Positions 12,968 to 26,902 of a DNA stretch of 64,000 nucleotides are shown piece by piece (the first letter of the stretch is position 1; every line of letters begins with the position of its first letter). The notes beneath the pieces were generated by a model that saw only the letters and a program-made list of their open reading frames with translations, was not told where the DNA came from and did no database searches. Position numbers and translations under genes: made by a program. The stretch spans positions 20,804,150 through 20,868,149 of the forward strand of contig NC_134026.1 of NCBI RefSeq assembly GCF_964204645.1, written 5' to 3'. The DNA comes from Tubulanus polymorphus (lineage: Eukaryota; Animalia; Nemertea).

Positions 12968-13887
12968 ATCTATATTTGAGGGGAGTTTTTCAGTCTTTTT
13001 TGTCCTGAAAAATAGAAAGAGGTGTACATATATATAGACGTGCTGGGTTAATCAGAAGTACATGATTGTATATGAAAACAAAAGATCAACAATTCAGCAA
13101 TGAAGGAAAAAGGGAAAAAAATTCATATCTATTAAGTGAAACAATATTCTTTGCGTGATATTTACAAATCCATGATATATGAATTTCGCGATGTTTTAGA
13201 AAATCGGTTTGTTAGAATCCGAACAATTTTATTGGAGGCAATTGATGGCCGAATGTAAAGTGTCTAGGTTTAAATATACAATGTCATATTTAATTCTTAT
13301 AGGTTACCTTGAAGTTTACAGTATATTGAAGAACACGAGTTTCGTCGCCGATAACTATAACTTGTGTATTTTAGATTGAATTCATATTGTTTGAATCCAA
13401 ATATGGGGCCGGTTCTGCCAGCCCTGTAGGGAATGTATATACCCTGAAAAGCAGTTCTTCTTAAAGTAGAATGAAATAGATGGATTATTTGATTTCTTAT
13501 CGTCAATATTTCCATTTAAATGTAAGCTTTAGATATTTCATTAGCGATTGAATAACTATTTTATTTCATCATTCGTTCTTGATTAGAAACGTCATCCGTA
13601 GGGCCTTCCTTAAAAGATGGCTGACTCCATTAAACCCCTTTGAGATCATTGAATTGCCAATTGGGTTTAGTTTTTCAGGCACCTCGGGCTTTGTTTTTCA
13701 GTGGTATTAACTCTTAATCCTGGACGTGTTAAATTTCACTATCCCTGTGATTTGAAAATTTGTATCCCCGAGGGAGAGCGATACGTAGCCTAGGAGCGTA
13801 AAGCTTAAGCTTGACAAAATTGTTATGTCTGAATTTTTTGGCTTACTGAAAAATTGGTGAAATTGTATCTAAACCTAAACAAGATAA

Positions 13888-14295
13888 CTAACTTGAAAGT
13901 TTATTGCCGCCATAAAAATGACACGTATATTGCTTAATATAGTCGAAAATGAATAATATACAAATTATATATAACTAGTGATCAATGAAGTTGATTTGGA
14001 TTTGAATATATGGCTTATTGAATTCAATTGACCGGCAACCAGTCTAACCCCATGAATTGATGACGTAGAGTACATTTTCTCAAAAGCTATTATTCAAACT
14101 CATCAAAAATAGAATAAGAGTTATGAAATATATTCAGTGACGAAATGAATACCAAAATTCATAATTGTAATCGTATTGTACGCCAATATCGATGACGTAG
14201 TGCACATCGACTCGCACAGAACTCCTTGAATAACTGATACTCGGTATTTGTGTATATATGTACATTATAATAGTGGTATTTACGACGTCAGAAAA
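13888..14295 (+). repeat. Interspersed repeat family B (other copies at about 17330-17862, 22505-22920, 24070-24580 reversed, 55355-55740)
   Basis: Shared core ttgaattgaccggcaaccagtcta(g/a)ccc...ttgatgacg(t/c)agtgcacat in five dispersed copies of about 400 bp. Confidence 0.75.
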
Positions 14296-16492
14296 TCTAG
14301 TTAAAGTTTATCATGAAACAAGGTCTTGTCCTCATAGGGGGATTGAACGGAGGCGGCCATCTTTTCCGGCTAAAAGAATGTCCTACGTATAACCCCGCTA
14401 CTGCATGAATACATCGAGAAGATATTAGTTTATAGCCATCATATTTGTCCAGGATGTAAATCTCTAGCTAGTCAGTTGGCATTTCACGCAATTGTTGATG
14501 ATGATTTTAGAGAACGAGGCGGCCGCGTTGGAGCGTTAACCAAATACGGTCATTAGTTGAATACACAACATTTGCTCTTTACTACATAAATGAACTATCG
14601 TAATCAATCTGTTGCGTGCGAGGTCAACGCCGAGTTTTACAACCGTGAAAACTCATTGAACTCTCTTCAGTCGCACGTCGTGAACTCTTCAGATTTTCGA
14701 GTTTACGGCGGATTGAAATTCCGCACTTGATTCAGCGATTAGATTTCAAGCTATGTTATGTTAAAATGTCTCTATTTCTCTCGTACTGAAACCTCCCGTC
14801 AGAGAAACTCGTCTCCATCATCGCCTAGTTTCGCCGAAAAGATCGGCTTGGCAAGTGACAGAAAATCGTTGGAAAGAAATAAAGTTTACATATACATTTC
14901 TATTTTTATGAAATACAGTAAATATCGCATTAGACAGAGGACTATGTGTCCATGGCAAAATATGAACGAGTCGGGTTTAGGGACGTTTTTGCAAACAAAA
15001 AAACGGATTTAGAATAATAGACATCCTATATACATGACATTCAATTAGAAGATTTATAAGTAGGTGCCATATAAACCAATAAAAAACGTTCGATTTGTAA
15101 TTTCATTCATTTTGGCGATTGATAATGATAATAACAACATAATTAATGTTCGATTCAGGCAATTGCTCGACTTAGGAAATCCGAATTAGAGATAGAATTT
15201 TTAGGAAAACGAATGGCAAAATTTCGGACCTCATTATTTTGGCCGACTTTGCGGAGATTTCTCGATTTAGACGAATCCGACGCACAGAAGTTTTACAATT
15301 GCTTTATACACTGTACATTCCGTGATTACTGAGGTCTTTTCACATTATAATCTTTGCGCTATACTATTACCTAGAATTCAACAAGGCGGCTTCTATGCTT
15401 TAGATTATCATCCTTGCAGGGATTCTACCCGATTTCATCACGACTCAATCAAAAAATCGCGTTGCAGCACCCCGTCTTCGTGCGTGGCAGGTATAATGCC
15501 TGCCAGCCATCGTGTTGGAAACCCCAGCAAGGGTTTTTAGTTTTACTGATATATGTATTAATAATTTCAAAGTATCGCCAATAAAGGCTTATCTGTTCGC
15601 AACCGACGTGAACTACGATTAACCATAAATGATTGCTATCTGATTTGACCGGAAGTTTGAATACAGTCCAAACTATCGACTTTGGTTGGTTTTGCAAAAC
15701 GGTCTCTAGTTCCTGCGGACAAGGAGTTTTGAGAGGTAACGAGAGCTAAGCTTGGTGGTGATTGATTTGTTTATCAGTTTTAAACTGCTGGGTCCGAGAT
15801 TAATGACTCGCCATATTAATAACTGACCACACGACTAAACTGATAATGAATCGTGTGTCCTGAGTGTGTGTAACTGTCGTCTGCGTGTGCGGGGGTTCTC
15901 TATATTGACACCCGTGTAAAGCCGACGATAACAATCTCAATGACAAATTTATGACCACCCACGAAATGCCAGATCGACTGTCTCTTGTGATCGCTTCATT
16001 TGCATGCTCAATTCGCCGACAACCGGTCGTAAAAATCATACCATCTGTGATCGGAATATATACGGAGCCGACCTTTGTAATGCTGCATTCGTGTGTTTGA
16101 TTGCAGCCAGGAGGTTATGGTTTGGTCATCGGTGATGGTGATTTTACGAGCTGTTGTCATTGAAATCTCTGGTGGGCTGGTAACGGTATCAGTTCATATA
16201 TTAATGGAAAATATATTGCATCAGAAACGGTTCTAAGCATTCTCGACTGGATTTAATGATTTCTGACGAAAAAAAAGCTTTGCCAGTGTTTCCATGATTT
16301 CAGATTTCTATTGCGCAGCGCCGTTATTTCATGCCCTTCATTTGGAAAATAGCGCGCTCCCTCGCGCTCCCTTAAATCTTAAAAGCCTATTAGTCGGATG
16401 TTCCACGGCTCTATTTGATCGGCATTGACTCATTCTATTCTCATAAAATGGCTGGCTGAATCCACTCTTAGGCCGTGTAATCATGTGATGTG

Positions 16493-16741
16493 CATCCTTC
16501 CCCGGCAGGGATTCGAACCTGATGGCATCGAGATTGCCACGGTACGAAACGCTGCCCTAGACCGAGGTGCAGCTACACACGCGCGGCTAAGATGATGTTA
16601 TTAAGCTAATCACATATCCCCTTTTATTTTAGCCCGGGTTTTCCGTTTATAGTTCTTCCGTGAAATCTACCTCGGCGATTATATACAACGAGCAATCTGA
16701 TTGGTGCCGCAAGTTTTCGTGCGGTTAATCTGCGCGTGTAC
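16493..16741. mobile_element. Truncated copy of the tRNA-like-TIR element
   Basis: Left TIR and internal sequence match 51562-51730; the right TIR is missing. Confidence 0.7.
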
Positions 16742-17641
16742 AGAAAAAGAGCACTAAGGACAGTTTCTATTTTCGTACAAAATGTCTAAGAAAGAAAATA
16801 TCGAAGACTTGTCAGACTTGGTTGTTGTTCAGCAGTTTATATTGATAATATTCGATTTTATTCAATTGCCCTCAAGGCTAAACGAAACTCGGTGGAGGTT
16901 AAAAAATACGTGAATATCGACCAATTAAAACCGGAGACCGACGATTAATTTTGATGGAAACAAAACACAAAACGACGTATATACAAACAAAATGATTCAA
17001 CGATCGATTCCGAAGGTATTCAATTCAAAAAAAATAGTCGATCGAACGTACGTGTACCGTCGCGCGCGCGCTGTTGATTTCGTTATAAAAGACCCGTTTT
17101 CGCGCATCGTTAGGCAACGACATTTAAACCTCCCGACAGAGGACAATGATCTCGAAGGCGTGGTTTTAAACGCTGCAAATTGATGCCGTCGCCGCCGTCA
17201 CGGTTCGATCGCCGTCCGTCGATAGATCGAATTGATGCTAATATTTCAATCCATCAAATACCATCCCATATACAAAAATTCGTATGCACAAGAAAAGTAA
17301 CTCTAGTAAGTCTATTGACGCCTTGAGAAATAACTCTTATGCGTTGCTTAATATTGTCGACGAAAACAGATTATGAAATCATAATATTAAGGATCAATAA
17401 AGATATTTTGGATTTGAATATATCGATAATTGTATTGAATTGACCGGCAACCAGTCTAGCCCAATATATTGATGACGCATCCTCTCAAAAATGATTATCA
17501 AAATAGAATACGACTTACGAAATATGTTTAAACGCCAAAATTATTAATTGTATAAGACAATATCGGTGACGTAGTGCACATTGACTCACATTATCATAAC
17601 GCGCATACTAGGTTTCAGAACATACAATAATATTGTAATGG

Positions 17642-17826
17642 AACGATGACCACACTCAAACGTGGTGAACGGATAATGAGATAAAATCCCACTATTTACA
17701 GATTAAAAGAATTTAAAATCAGAATTTATTTATTAAATCTAAAATATATAAAAGACACGACGTTTCGATCTCACCCTAGAGATCATCGTCAGGTGATTTT
17801 AATCTGTAAATAGTGGGATTTTATCT
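17642..17826 (-). mobile_element. Penelope-like fold-back retro-insertion with a 14-bp TSD
   Basis: TSD TAATATTGTAATGG at 17628-17641 and 17827-17840. A perfect 30-bp inverted repeat (17679-17708 / 17797-17826) encloses a hammerhead motif. It interrupts a family B copy. Confidence 0.7.
17756..17795 (-). ncRNA. Minimal type I hammerhead ribozyme (Penelope-type)
   Basis: The minus strand reads CAC-CTGACGA-T-GATCTC-TAGGGT-GAGATC-GAAAC-GTC-GTG. It has intact CUGAnGA and GAAA cores, a 6-bp stem II, a palindromic ACGT stem III, a GUC site and a 3-bp stem I. Confidence 0.65.
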
Positions 17827-20800
17827 TAATATTGTAATGGTTTTTACAGCATCAAAAAACTCAGATATTCGATAACACAGTCAAAAGGTGAAGTATGAAA
17901 TGTTAGTTATAATTGAGTCGTAATTAGGTCGTTGATTCTTATTGAAAAACCTTATCTTACTACACAAATTGATACTCTTGAATAGAGGCGAAATGATTAG
18001 CGCACATGACGAGATAGAAATCACGAAACAGAAACGTTTTTCTTGCTTGTTTCGTCAACGAGCCTTGCTCGGAAACATGAAACACGACATGATAGCAAAT
18101 CCACAACGGACATTTATAGCGGTTCTCTTGAAAAGTTCACATGAAAAACTCAAGGAAAATTCGTACAAACGAGTCGAGTACGTAGGCTGGCCTTATATAT
18201 ACGTTAAGCCTATTCGGCAGCGTTTTAAGGAATTACAAAGGAAGCAAGGCCTCGGTAAGTGATCTTTATTTCGGCGCTGACTTCATATAGCTACATGTAC
18301 TTCCCCCACGGGGCCACATGTGTCTTGAAGTTCATCCGTGGAGCGCGATTGTGAAAACGAAATTGCAAAATCTCCGTTGATCCCAAAGCAACCGCCGATG
18401 CAAATGACAAAAAAAAAACAATAAGCCGACCGAATTTGATCGTGAATATCAGATTATTTCAGAAGTCGCGAGCGTCTGAAAGCTGAAAAAAACTATACCC
18501 GTACATAATACGATAACTTCATTGTTGGAATATTTTATTACGACTAAAGGGGTGGCAATTCCTTCAAAGCCTATTATAGTTTTTAGATTTAGTTTAAACA
18601 TACCCCATTGAGAATTGAATTTTTTCATTCAATTCCTGTTGTCTCATTTCATGTATTCTCGGAATTTGTCATGGTAGTACGGGTTCGAGCAAAAACAAAT
18701 TCTACGACCGAATGTCCTTCATACGAGGACAAGAATGCGGCTTCCATTGTGTACGATTTTTATGAATGTTATCGGCAGTTAAAAAAGCAGTTTGTTAGGT
18801 TGCAGCGTCGTAGATTGCACCCAAGTGACAAAATCCAATGCTTAGCGCACCTGAGAATTTTCAGTGAAACGAAGCATGGCTCTCTTCCTCTCGGGGACAG
18901 GAGTACTTGCCTCACACCAAGGGTGGCACCGTGGGCGTCAGGAGCGCAGTTCGTGTTGCTTTTGTATATGCTGTTTTTCTCAGAAAAAACCTGACGCCTG
19001 ATGTGTGTTCTGTTATTGAGAACTGTAGAATACATGGTGAAATCTTATACCATCTAAAAAGTATGATGAAGTTATACATTAATTTGATCCTTATTTAAGT
19101 CTAAATCGCCTGGTGTTTGTAGTTTATTTTGTCAGTTGGTGGTTTTTTTAAATTCATTTCTTACTTCGAAGGTTTGGAATAACTGACTCGCGCGAAACGC
19201 GTCGGATCCCGGAGTGCGATCAAGCACCATTTTATACTTTATACTTATTAAAGATTGCGAACAGTGGCACGTATGCAATTCCATTAAAAAAACGTTACAG
19301 TAACGTTGTATTTAACACAGATTTAAAGTTGGATATTTTTTTCCGAAAAATTGTTCTTACGAATTGTGGAATTTAATGAAACTCAGCCAAAAACTGGACA
19401 ATTGGCCTCGATCTATTTCAACGTTTTACAATTCAATTCGGCAAATAATGCAGACGCAGTACACTACGTCAAAATACGGGGGACGGTTTTATTCAGCGTA
19501 TTCCGCCCTTCGCCAAATAAATATATCGTATTTGCAGTGCTCGGGTCCATAACACAAGGCAACTCGGAAACACGGAATCGAGCATTTTTCGTTTCGGTGA
19601 AACGCGGTTGTTTCTGTATTTCCCTGTGCTGCTCTAAGTAGCGCTGCTGTCGTTTTGCGTTCGGTAACGAAAATCGTTGATTTATTATACGAATATCACA
19701 TTCGCTATCGTACGAGATTACTGGAATTAATGAAATCATGATTTTCTTGCGACAACTCTTTGTAGGGCACAATTCGCCGCACAGGACTGTGTACAGTACA
19801 TATTCCACGCTATCAATGTACGAACTTATGTACCTTTGGGGTTACGACGGGTGGGCAAAAAAAAACAAACGTGATCAATAATTTCATATGGAGAAACCAT
19901 CTTGCCATAACTAGAGAAAAATCCCTGGAAGCCGCTATTGGAACTAAAACCTGAACTTAAAAAACCCACGGCTCTAACCACTCGGCTGATTTGACCAATG
20001 AGGACACTGACCGAATGTAACCTGTTACTCGTGACGTCCTACTATGGTGGAATGGAATATGAGAAGTGTAGAAATGTTTATGTCGTGAGTAGTCTGCGTA
20101 GTTTCGACGCGGCCAAAAAAGTGTTATCCTATTTATGATGCGTGCATTCTTAAATGCATTTACCACCAAACGAAGTGTCGGAGTCGATCATTCACGCGCG
20201 CTGCGAATTGAAATTGTGAATGAAAATACTGTTGCTTATTTCGAAAAAAAGAATTCCATAGAATTCGCTGGAATTCGCTGGTGTGATCGCTGATTGGTTG
20301 TTCGGAAGAATCAAAAGAATAATCATGGGTATCTGACTGATTAGCTTAATTTCTGGCACGATTAGCTGGACACATGGACGACGGAAGCACAAATTGTTGA
20401 ATTGCCAGTGATTCTATGGGGGATGTTGACATTTTTGCGACAAGTTCATCGCCACTCCTGGACAGATCGTGGACAATAGAGTGCGACCCGAAAGAAATAG
20501 ACCAGGCGCACTCGACGGTCATCAGGGATAAGCGCTCCGTCCGTGGCCTCGCGAAGCAAAATAATCTAAATTTATCTATTTCCTTATGAATAGTCAGTCA
20601 TCGTTTATTTTTGTATACGCGACATCTCTATGGCAGGAAGTCATAGTCAATTGCCGACTGTACCCGCTCGCCACTCGGAAGACCCGTAATAAGTCACTAT
20701 CGTTGCACGAGCAAAGTTGACGAGGAATAGTGAAATACCTGCAGGAAGTGACAAACGAAATTTGTTCTTCGCGATACTTCACGACCGCGTAAAAAGCCTC

Positions 20801-20884
20801 TGAACAAACACTTGCGTCTACTAGTTGTATTCCGATTTCAGATTTTAATTTATTGCTCCAGAAATTGTACAATTTTTTCGAGCA

Positions 20885-20978
20885 CCTGGCTATATGTCAA
20901 TCCATCCCGTTTCGGAAGTTCTCGCTATAGATTTTAGTCTATCGACATTATATTTCATCGATAACTCGCAAAGACGTA
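20885..20978 (+). repeat. Dispersed duplication of about 95 bp (second copy at about 25557-25650)
   Basis: cctggctatatgtcaatc.atcc.gtttcgga.gttctcgctatagattttagtctatcgacattatatttcatcgataact.gcaaagacgt is present twice. Confidence 0.75.
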
Positions 20979-21072
20979 CAACAATAATATACATAGATAC
21001 TATTCACGGCCGCGTAAAAAGTTTTTAGATATACAATATTACAGTAACTCCAGGATTTATGAAGTATATATT

Positions 21073-21243
21073 CAGTGAAACCCGCTTAATCCGGTTCAGC
21101 TGAATCCGGATTTTGGTCTTATTCGGAGAATATTTGCCGTCCATTAATTTGTTCATTAATATATACAGCAAAGTGATTTAATCCGGATTTCCCGTAAGTC
21201 GGGTGAATGTTGATGTTGTGATCCGAATTAAGCGAATTCTGTA
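21073..21243. mobile_element. Tc1/mariner-like MITE (relatives at about 56395-56565, 9805-9892 and 31264)
   Basis: Termini cagtgaaacccgcttaatccgg / ccgaattaagcgaattctg, with repeated aatccgg. Confidence 0.5.
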
Positions 21244-24069
21244 TATCATTTTATACGCAATTTAATGCGTACAATGATGGCTCGACGTTCCATTATTTAT
21301 GTTGCATCATTTTTGAGCATATTTAGACGTCGAAATCTCGCCGAAAATATAATGGGCGATGTTTGTGAATGAAACGAACGAGGCACCTCGTGAAGAAAAC
21401 CCGGCGTTCGGCGCGCGATTATCGCAATAATCCTCACGACGGAGGTGATCGTAAGATGATTTGGGTATGAGGATATCGTGGCTGTAACGATCTCGCGATC
21501 AGCTGCGTCTCCGACTGGCGACGGAAAACTTTTCAAACTCGTCGTCGTCGTATGCGACGCCGCCATTAGACACGCGTACGGTCAGGTGTTTTTGTGGAAT
21601 CACTTCAGGCAGAGAAAAACGATTCGATTGAAGAGTTATCTAGATGATTGAGACATTAATGTATTATTTCAACATGGCAACATTCGTTTGAACAGAAAAT
21701 TAGAAAAAGGTAAATTTTGGACGTTGACCAGCTATTTGGGCGTGGGGATGCTGCCCATATCGCATTTGTATTTCAAAAACATTTCGGACCCGAAAACCTT
21801 TCCGTTCCGCGTGATGACATGACAGGTTTTATCTATACCAGGAAGTGACACCAGGTATCCCACCAGATGGTGTGACGGGCACTCAGTCTTGCGTTGTCAA
21901 AATTAGTTCAATCCTCAATGAAATTTGAACTGAATTTTTAGTCTCCCGAATCAAGATATCATCACAAGACCCACCAAATATACTGAAGATTCATTCATCT
22001 TCTTGGATATCGGTGTATTTTTCATTTTTCTTAAATAATTGATCTATTTAAGACGAAGTTCATTTAGTTTTCATCGCAATACAGAAGAAATTGAACGCGG
22101 AAGACCGAGTAACTACTAGCGAACCTTGTGGATCTTCGCCTGTCACACGTGGAATCCTCGATGGCCACATGGGGTTCGGCTTTCGTTACGTATAGTCATT
22201 GCTTCGACTTTCAATTAACCATGATAACTAACATCGGAAGTCTTGCTCTGTAATGCTATATCGAAATCTATTTTCAGGCGAATTCGAGTTTGCTATTCGA
22301 TGAACACGCGCATCGTTTTTGTAATCAATCATCGAAAAACTTTTTGGTGTAACTGGAGTAATTGGCTATTTAGATAATGGCCGTCGTGTTTCCAGGTGCG
22401 GAGTTGACTCGGTTCGTTGTGCTTTTCGTCGTAATTTTTTTCGCCTTGGTCAGTGTTGTGCATTATGCCCATTTATGCAAAAATCTGACCATGATATCCA
22501 ATCAAACTAGAAAACTAACCTGAAAGTTTATCGACGCCTTGAAAAATAACGCATATATCGCGTAATTTTGTCGAAAATGAATAATATAGTATAAATTATG
22601 TGATATTAAGGCTTGTGCTGTGTTCTTCATTATACTGCCATTCACATTATTTATTGTCTTTTCTTGTTTAATTGACATATTGTTTCGTATTTTAATTGAC
22701 ATATTGTGTAAGATTGTATGTATGATGATACTGTATCCGAAGTATAATGAAAAAAGAAATCCGATTCAATTAAGGATCAATAAAGTTGTTTGGATTTGAA
22801 TCTGTGGGTAATTGAATTGACCGGCAACCAGTCTAGCCCCGATATATTGATGACGTAGTGCACATCTTCTAAAAGTGATTAATATAATCTATCATAAATG
22901 AAATTAGAGTTATGAAATGTATTTAATTCTAGAATCTTAATATAAAAGATAAGCATCTTCCATGTGACATGATGTCGACTGATCGAACCGAATTGCAGTT
23001 TCGTAATGCCGAATCACACGCACGCGGCGAAAACATATTGAATTAATTTTGTACGGCCAGTAATTTACATCAGGAGTTAGGATTGGCAATGATTTTATAA
23101 TCTTCTGTATCTATGCTGTGCTATTTCGAATGATTTGGACATCACCGGATGATTTTGAAAAACTTGGGATGATAGCGTTTTATACGGCGAAGTCGATGTA
23201 CGCACGCAAAAGGTTAGACTTTGTCGGCAAAGATTAGGAAAGAAATAAATGAAAGCGAAAAACTGGCTGCCGCTGTTTAGAGAATGCCTATACGGAATGA
23301 CGAAATTTCGAATCCGGGATTAAAATTCAATCGAGTGTAGAACGCCCATTGGTTATTACTCGGCGCAAAGTCTCTCCTCCGCTGAGTCGTTGTAAAGCGT
23401 GTGTTTGAAAAGAAATTAGAAAGCTCGGAAAAAAGAAAGGTTGAATTTCCTGAAGCAAGTGTAATTTTCCGTCAATCGCGCGAGTCATGGCGTGTTGCTC
23501 TTAAAGAAACGAACGGTAATAGTCAGTAGTTTTAGTAGCCGAAAAGAAATAGTGGTGATACTGAAAAAAAAAACCACGGAAAACCATTTAATAAAACTGG
23601 CGTGAAAATGATTTAGATGAAATACACTTTTATATCCAATTTTCAATTTTTGAGGCTCACTTATTTCCATCACCGCCCAGAGATTGATACCGTCACTAAT
23701 GTCTGTTTACTAAAGTTAATGATTTGAAATGTTGGAAGATCAAACATTTCAGGCAAATAATTCGGCTTTCTTCATATTTGTTCTACCGATTAATTAATGA
23801 GTCACGGTGTATATAGAAAAATGATGATTTATGTCGAGCAAGATTTCGTAACAATGACGCATTGATTTTGTTCATTAAATCAAATTCGTATTGCAAAATA
23901 TATTTTGGAACATCGTTTAGAATCTCTAAATGGAATAAACTTTGATTTAAGCTTGCTTGGTGCAGATACTGACCATTAAATCATGAGAAAATGACCAGGA
24001 TTTGAGAGATGAGATTTTACAATTCGTTAAGCAATTCATAATTGATTGCGGCCCCAATATCTTGTAAAT

Positions 24070-24580
24070 ATGCTTTTTGACGCCGTAAAATCCGTTGCAA
24101 TAATGTTTATATACGTAGATAACTACCATGCTTTAATTAAGTAGTACCGTGTGAGTTGATGTGCACTACGTCACCAATCTTGGCATAATAAAAAAACAAT
24201 TACAATTGTGAACTTTGACGTTCATTATGTAATCAAAAATATTTCATGACTTATTTTCTATACAATAGATATTCGCGTCTTTTCAATAATGATTTTGAGT
24301 GGATATAGCCTACGTCATCAATATTGGGGTTAGCTCGGTTAGACTGGTTGCCGGTCAATTCAATCATCGATATATTCAAATCCAAAATAACTTTATCGAT
24401 CGTTAATATTATAAAAAATCGGTGTAAGACTAGTTGCTAGTTGCCGGTCAAATCAATTCAATTGTCGTAATCAAATTTATAATTACTTTATTGATCACTG
24501 ATATTATATTATTCATCGACGATAATATCAGTCAATATGTATGGTTATTTTTTCTTCAAGGCGTCAATAAACTTTCAATA
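24070..24580 (-). repeat. Repeat family B copy in reverse orientation, with an internal duplication
   Basis: The reverse-complement core (gttgccggtcaa) occurs twice, near 24347 and 24440. Confidence 0.7.
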
Positions 24581-25026
24581 AACAAAATTTCCTCGTTCTA
24601 TTATTAGAGCCGCTACTATGCATGGCTTAAAAAATCGAACGCACTGAGTGTCGAATTATGTATGAACTTGGCCGCGGATCTAGTAAAACCTCGCTAATTT
24701 GAACGATCGGATGTTCGGAGTGACTACACCTTCGGCGTGGTCTGTAACGACGCGTACACAGTTATGCGCGCGGGAGGGTCGAGTTTCAAAAATCAAGTGG
24801 ACGGCGTGGAAATTAGAAATACCGTAGTTCAGATTTCTGAAATTCTGATCGGAATGAAGAGGTCCATATCTGAGCTCGACTCAATATGTAATTGATTGTC
24901 TCCGTGGCTCTTCGCCGATGGCAGCTTCGCTTTGCAGGCAATGCGATACCGTGTGCGACGTCACAAACATAATCTCTATATTACAGAGAATACGCTATGC
25001 TCTTGGATTGTCCCTCTTTTCTATTT

Positions 25027-25308
25027 GGGGCCAGTTGCTGAAAAGTTAGTTAAAGATAACCAGCGGATATTAAATTCCATGATCCAGTTGCACTGTCGTG
25101 AGTTAAGATTTGACTCAGAATTAACTCATTGAAAATGAACTAATTTTAACCTAGAGTTAACGCTAACTCACGACTGTGGAACTGGATCCATGGTTATAAC
25201 GAACTATCAAAAGTTGGTGCGAGTTAACTAGTATGGGTAGTTGACGTGGCGACAATATATCAACTTACTATCCACTGGTTAACTCTAACCAACTGAGCAA
25301 CTGGCCCC
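25027..25308. mobile_element. MITE (GGGGCCAGTTGCT TIR) with a related MITE nested at about 25079-25190
   Basis: Outer TIRs ggggccagttgct / agcaactggcccc; inner TIRs gatccagttgcactgtcgtgagtta / taactcacgactgtggaactggatc. Confidence 0.65.
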
Positions 25309-26017
25309 CGAGTTGTTTTTATTTGGCCACACCTGGAGCGAAATGGAGACGTGGGGTTATCGCTGGCGCCGAATTCTTCCATTTCATCCGAAGCAAAAAA
25401 AGTAACTTCGAAAAAAGTCGTGCCTTTATGCCATGTCTCGTATTTCAGCAGCGATGTTTGGGAAAATCTGACATTAAAGGATGCAGGTCTACTTTCAATC
25501 TTTTCGCTAGTTCGAGCTGAGGATGCCGAAAAAATTAAACTGAACATGCTACGGAGACCTGGCTATATGTCAATCTATCCTGTTTCGGATGTTCTCGCTA
25601 TAGATTTTAGTCTATCGACATTATATTTCATCGATAACTTGCAAAGACGTTCGACGATAATCCATAGTGCGAACCTAGGAAAAGATTTAAAATTTAGAAT
25701 GAGATCTGTTTACTGAATTATAATCGATTTAAGTTTGGACTGCAAAAACGCGGTGTATTGAGAATCGAGATGTATCCACTCACTTTTCACCAACATGTCA
25801 AATGCATGAAAAGTTATGGCTTTCTCCTTTCCGTTGGGCTTAAAACTTGATTTGGTCTGCCGCCCATCTACCTTTACATTACTTTTTTTTAATCAAGAAC
25901 ATACCCGAAAGCTATAGAAATGTATACCGATTACTAATTTTATTGCGATTTACAAAATTCTGGCAGATTAGGGAAAAATTTAGGTAGGCCTAACATTTTA
26001 GCCTTAGGCCTGATGGA

Positions 26018-26252
26018 TAAATGAAGAAATCCTTCACTTCGAATTAGATTATACAGAATTTATTTTTTTAAATTTTATTTCACAACAGCCGAAACGTTGT
26101 GGTTTCAAAATGATAAATTCTATCGTATAATTTAATTCGAAGTGTGGGATTTCTTCATTTATCTACAGTGTACACGGATAGTGTTATTCCGAAGTGTGGG
26201 ATTTCTTCATTTATCTACAGTGTACACGGATAGTGTTTATTCGACTACTAAC
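26018..26252. mobile_element. Second Penelope-like fold-back insertion with a 13-bp TSD
   Basis: TSD TAGGCCTGATGGA at 26005-26017 and 26253-26265. It has an imperfect inverted repeat of about 39 bp (26016-26054 / 26125-26163), a hammerhead 3' half CGAAACGTTG near 26090, and a 52-nt-period tandem duplication from 26138. Confidence 0.55.
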
Positions 26253-26902
26253 TAGGCCTGATGGAGTTTCGGAGCAATGTGGGCGAGTGGTTATAGATTT
26301 TGAGTCGGTGGGATTTCAGATTTTGACGTACGAGCGTCCACGAACAAGAAGAGACTATTACCAACCGACAATTGTGTACCTGGGGCCTGATGTATGATTC
26401 CTGAACATTGAGATATTGTAGATGAAAATTCTCCCCGGAGAATGATGACTGGTGCGCAGCCACGTACACGTATAGAGTGCCGCTGATCACATTTATTATG
26501 GATATTACACTTAAAATACTCTTGAAATTATTGTCATGGTTAGACTGCATGCGCATTATTGTCGTTTTAGTGTCTGGAATATTGCTTTCCCCTGTCCAGT
26601 TTTTTTTTTTCAAACAGGCTGTCCGGCTAAGAAACAAGTTATCCTAAATGACAGTGCTTCATCCGATCTGTACCGATTCAGAGTCTTGTATATGTCATGA
26701 CCTAATCGGTGTACATTGTGAATGTTTTTTGAACCGAGTTTTTGGATGGTCGAAATCAGTGTTGCTTAACAACTAAGCTGCCGTATAGCAGTATTTGGTT
26801 TGACCGTTTTCGAAATGATGAGCTTGAAATCATGTTTTGGTCTTCGCGCATCTTTATATCCGAATACGCTTGCTGTGCAAAATCATATCGAAATCCGGAT
26901 TT

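Noticed and set aside
12625-13008. Plus-strand ORFs of 127 and 93 aa
   Set aside because: They are antisense shadows of the GC-rich NKY coding exon.
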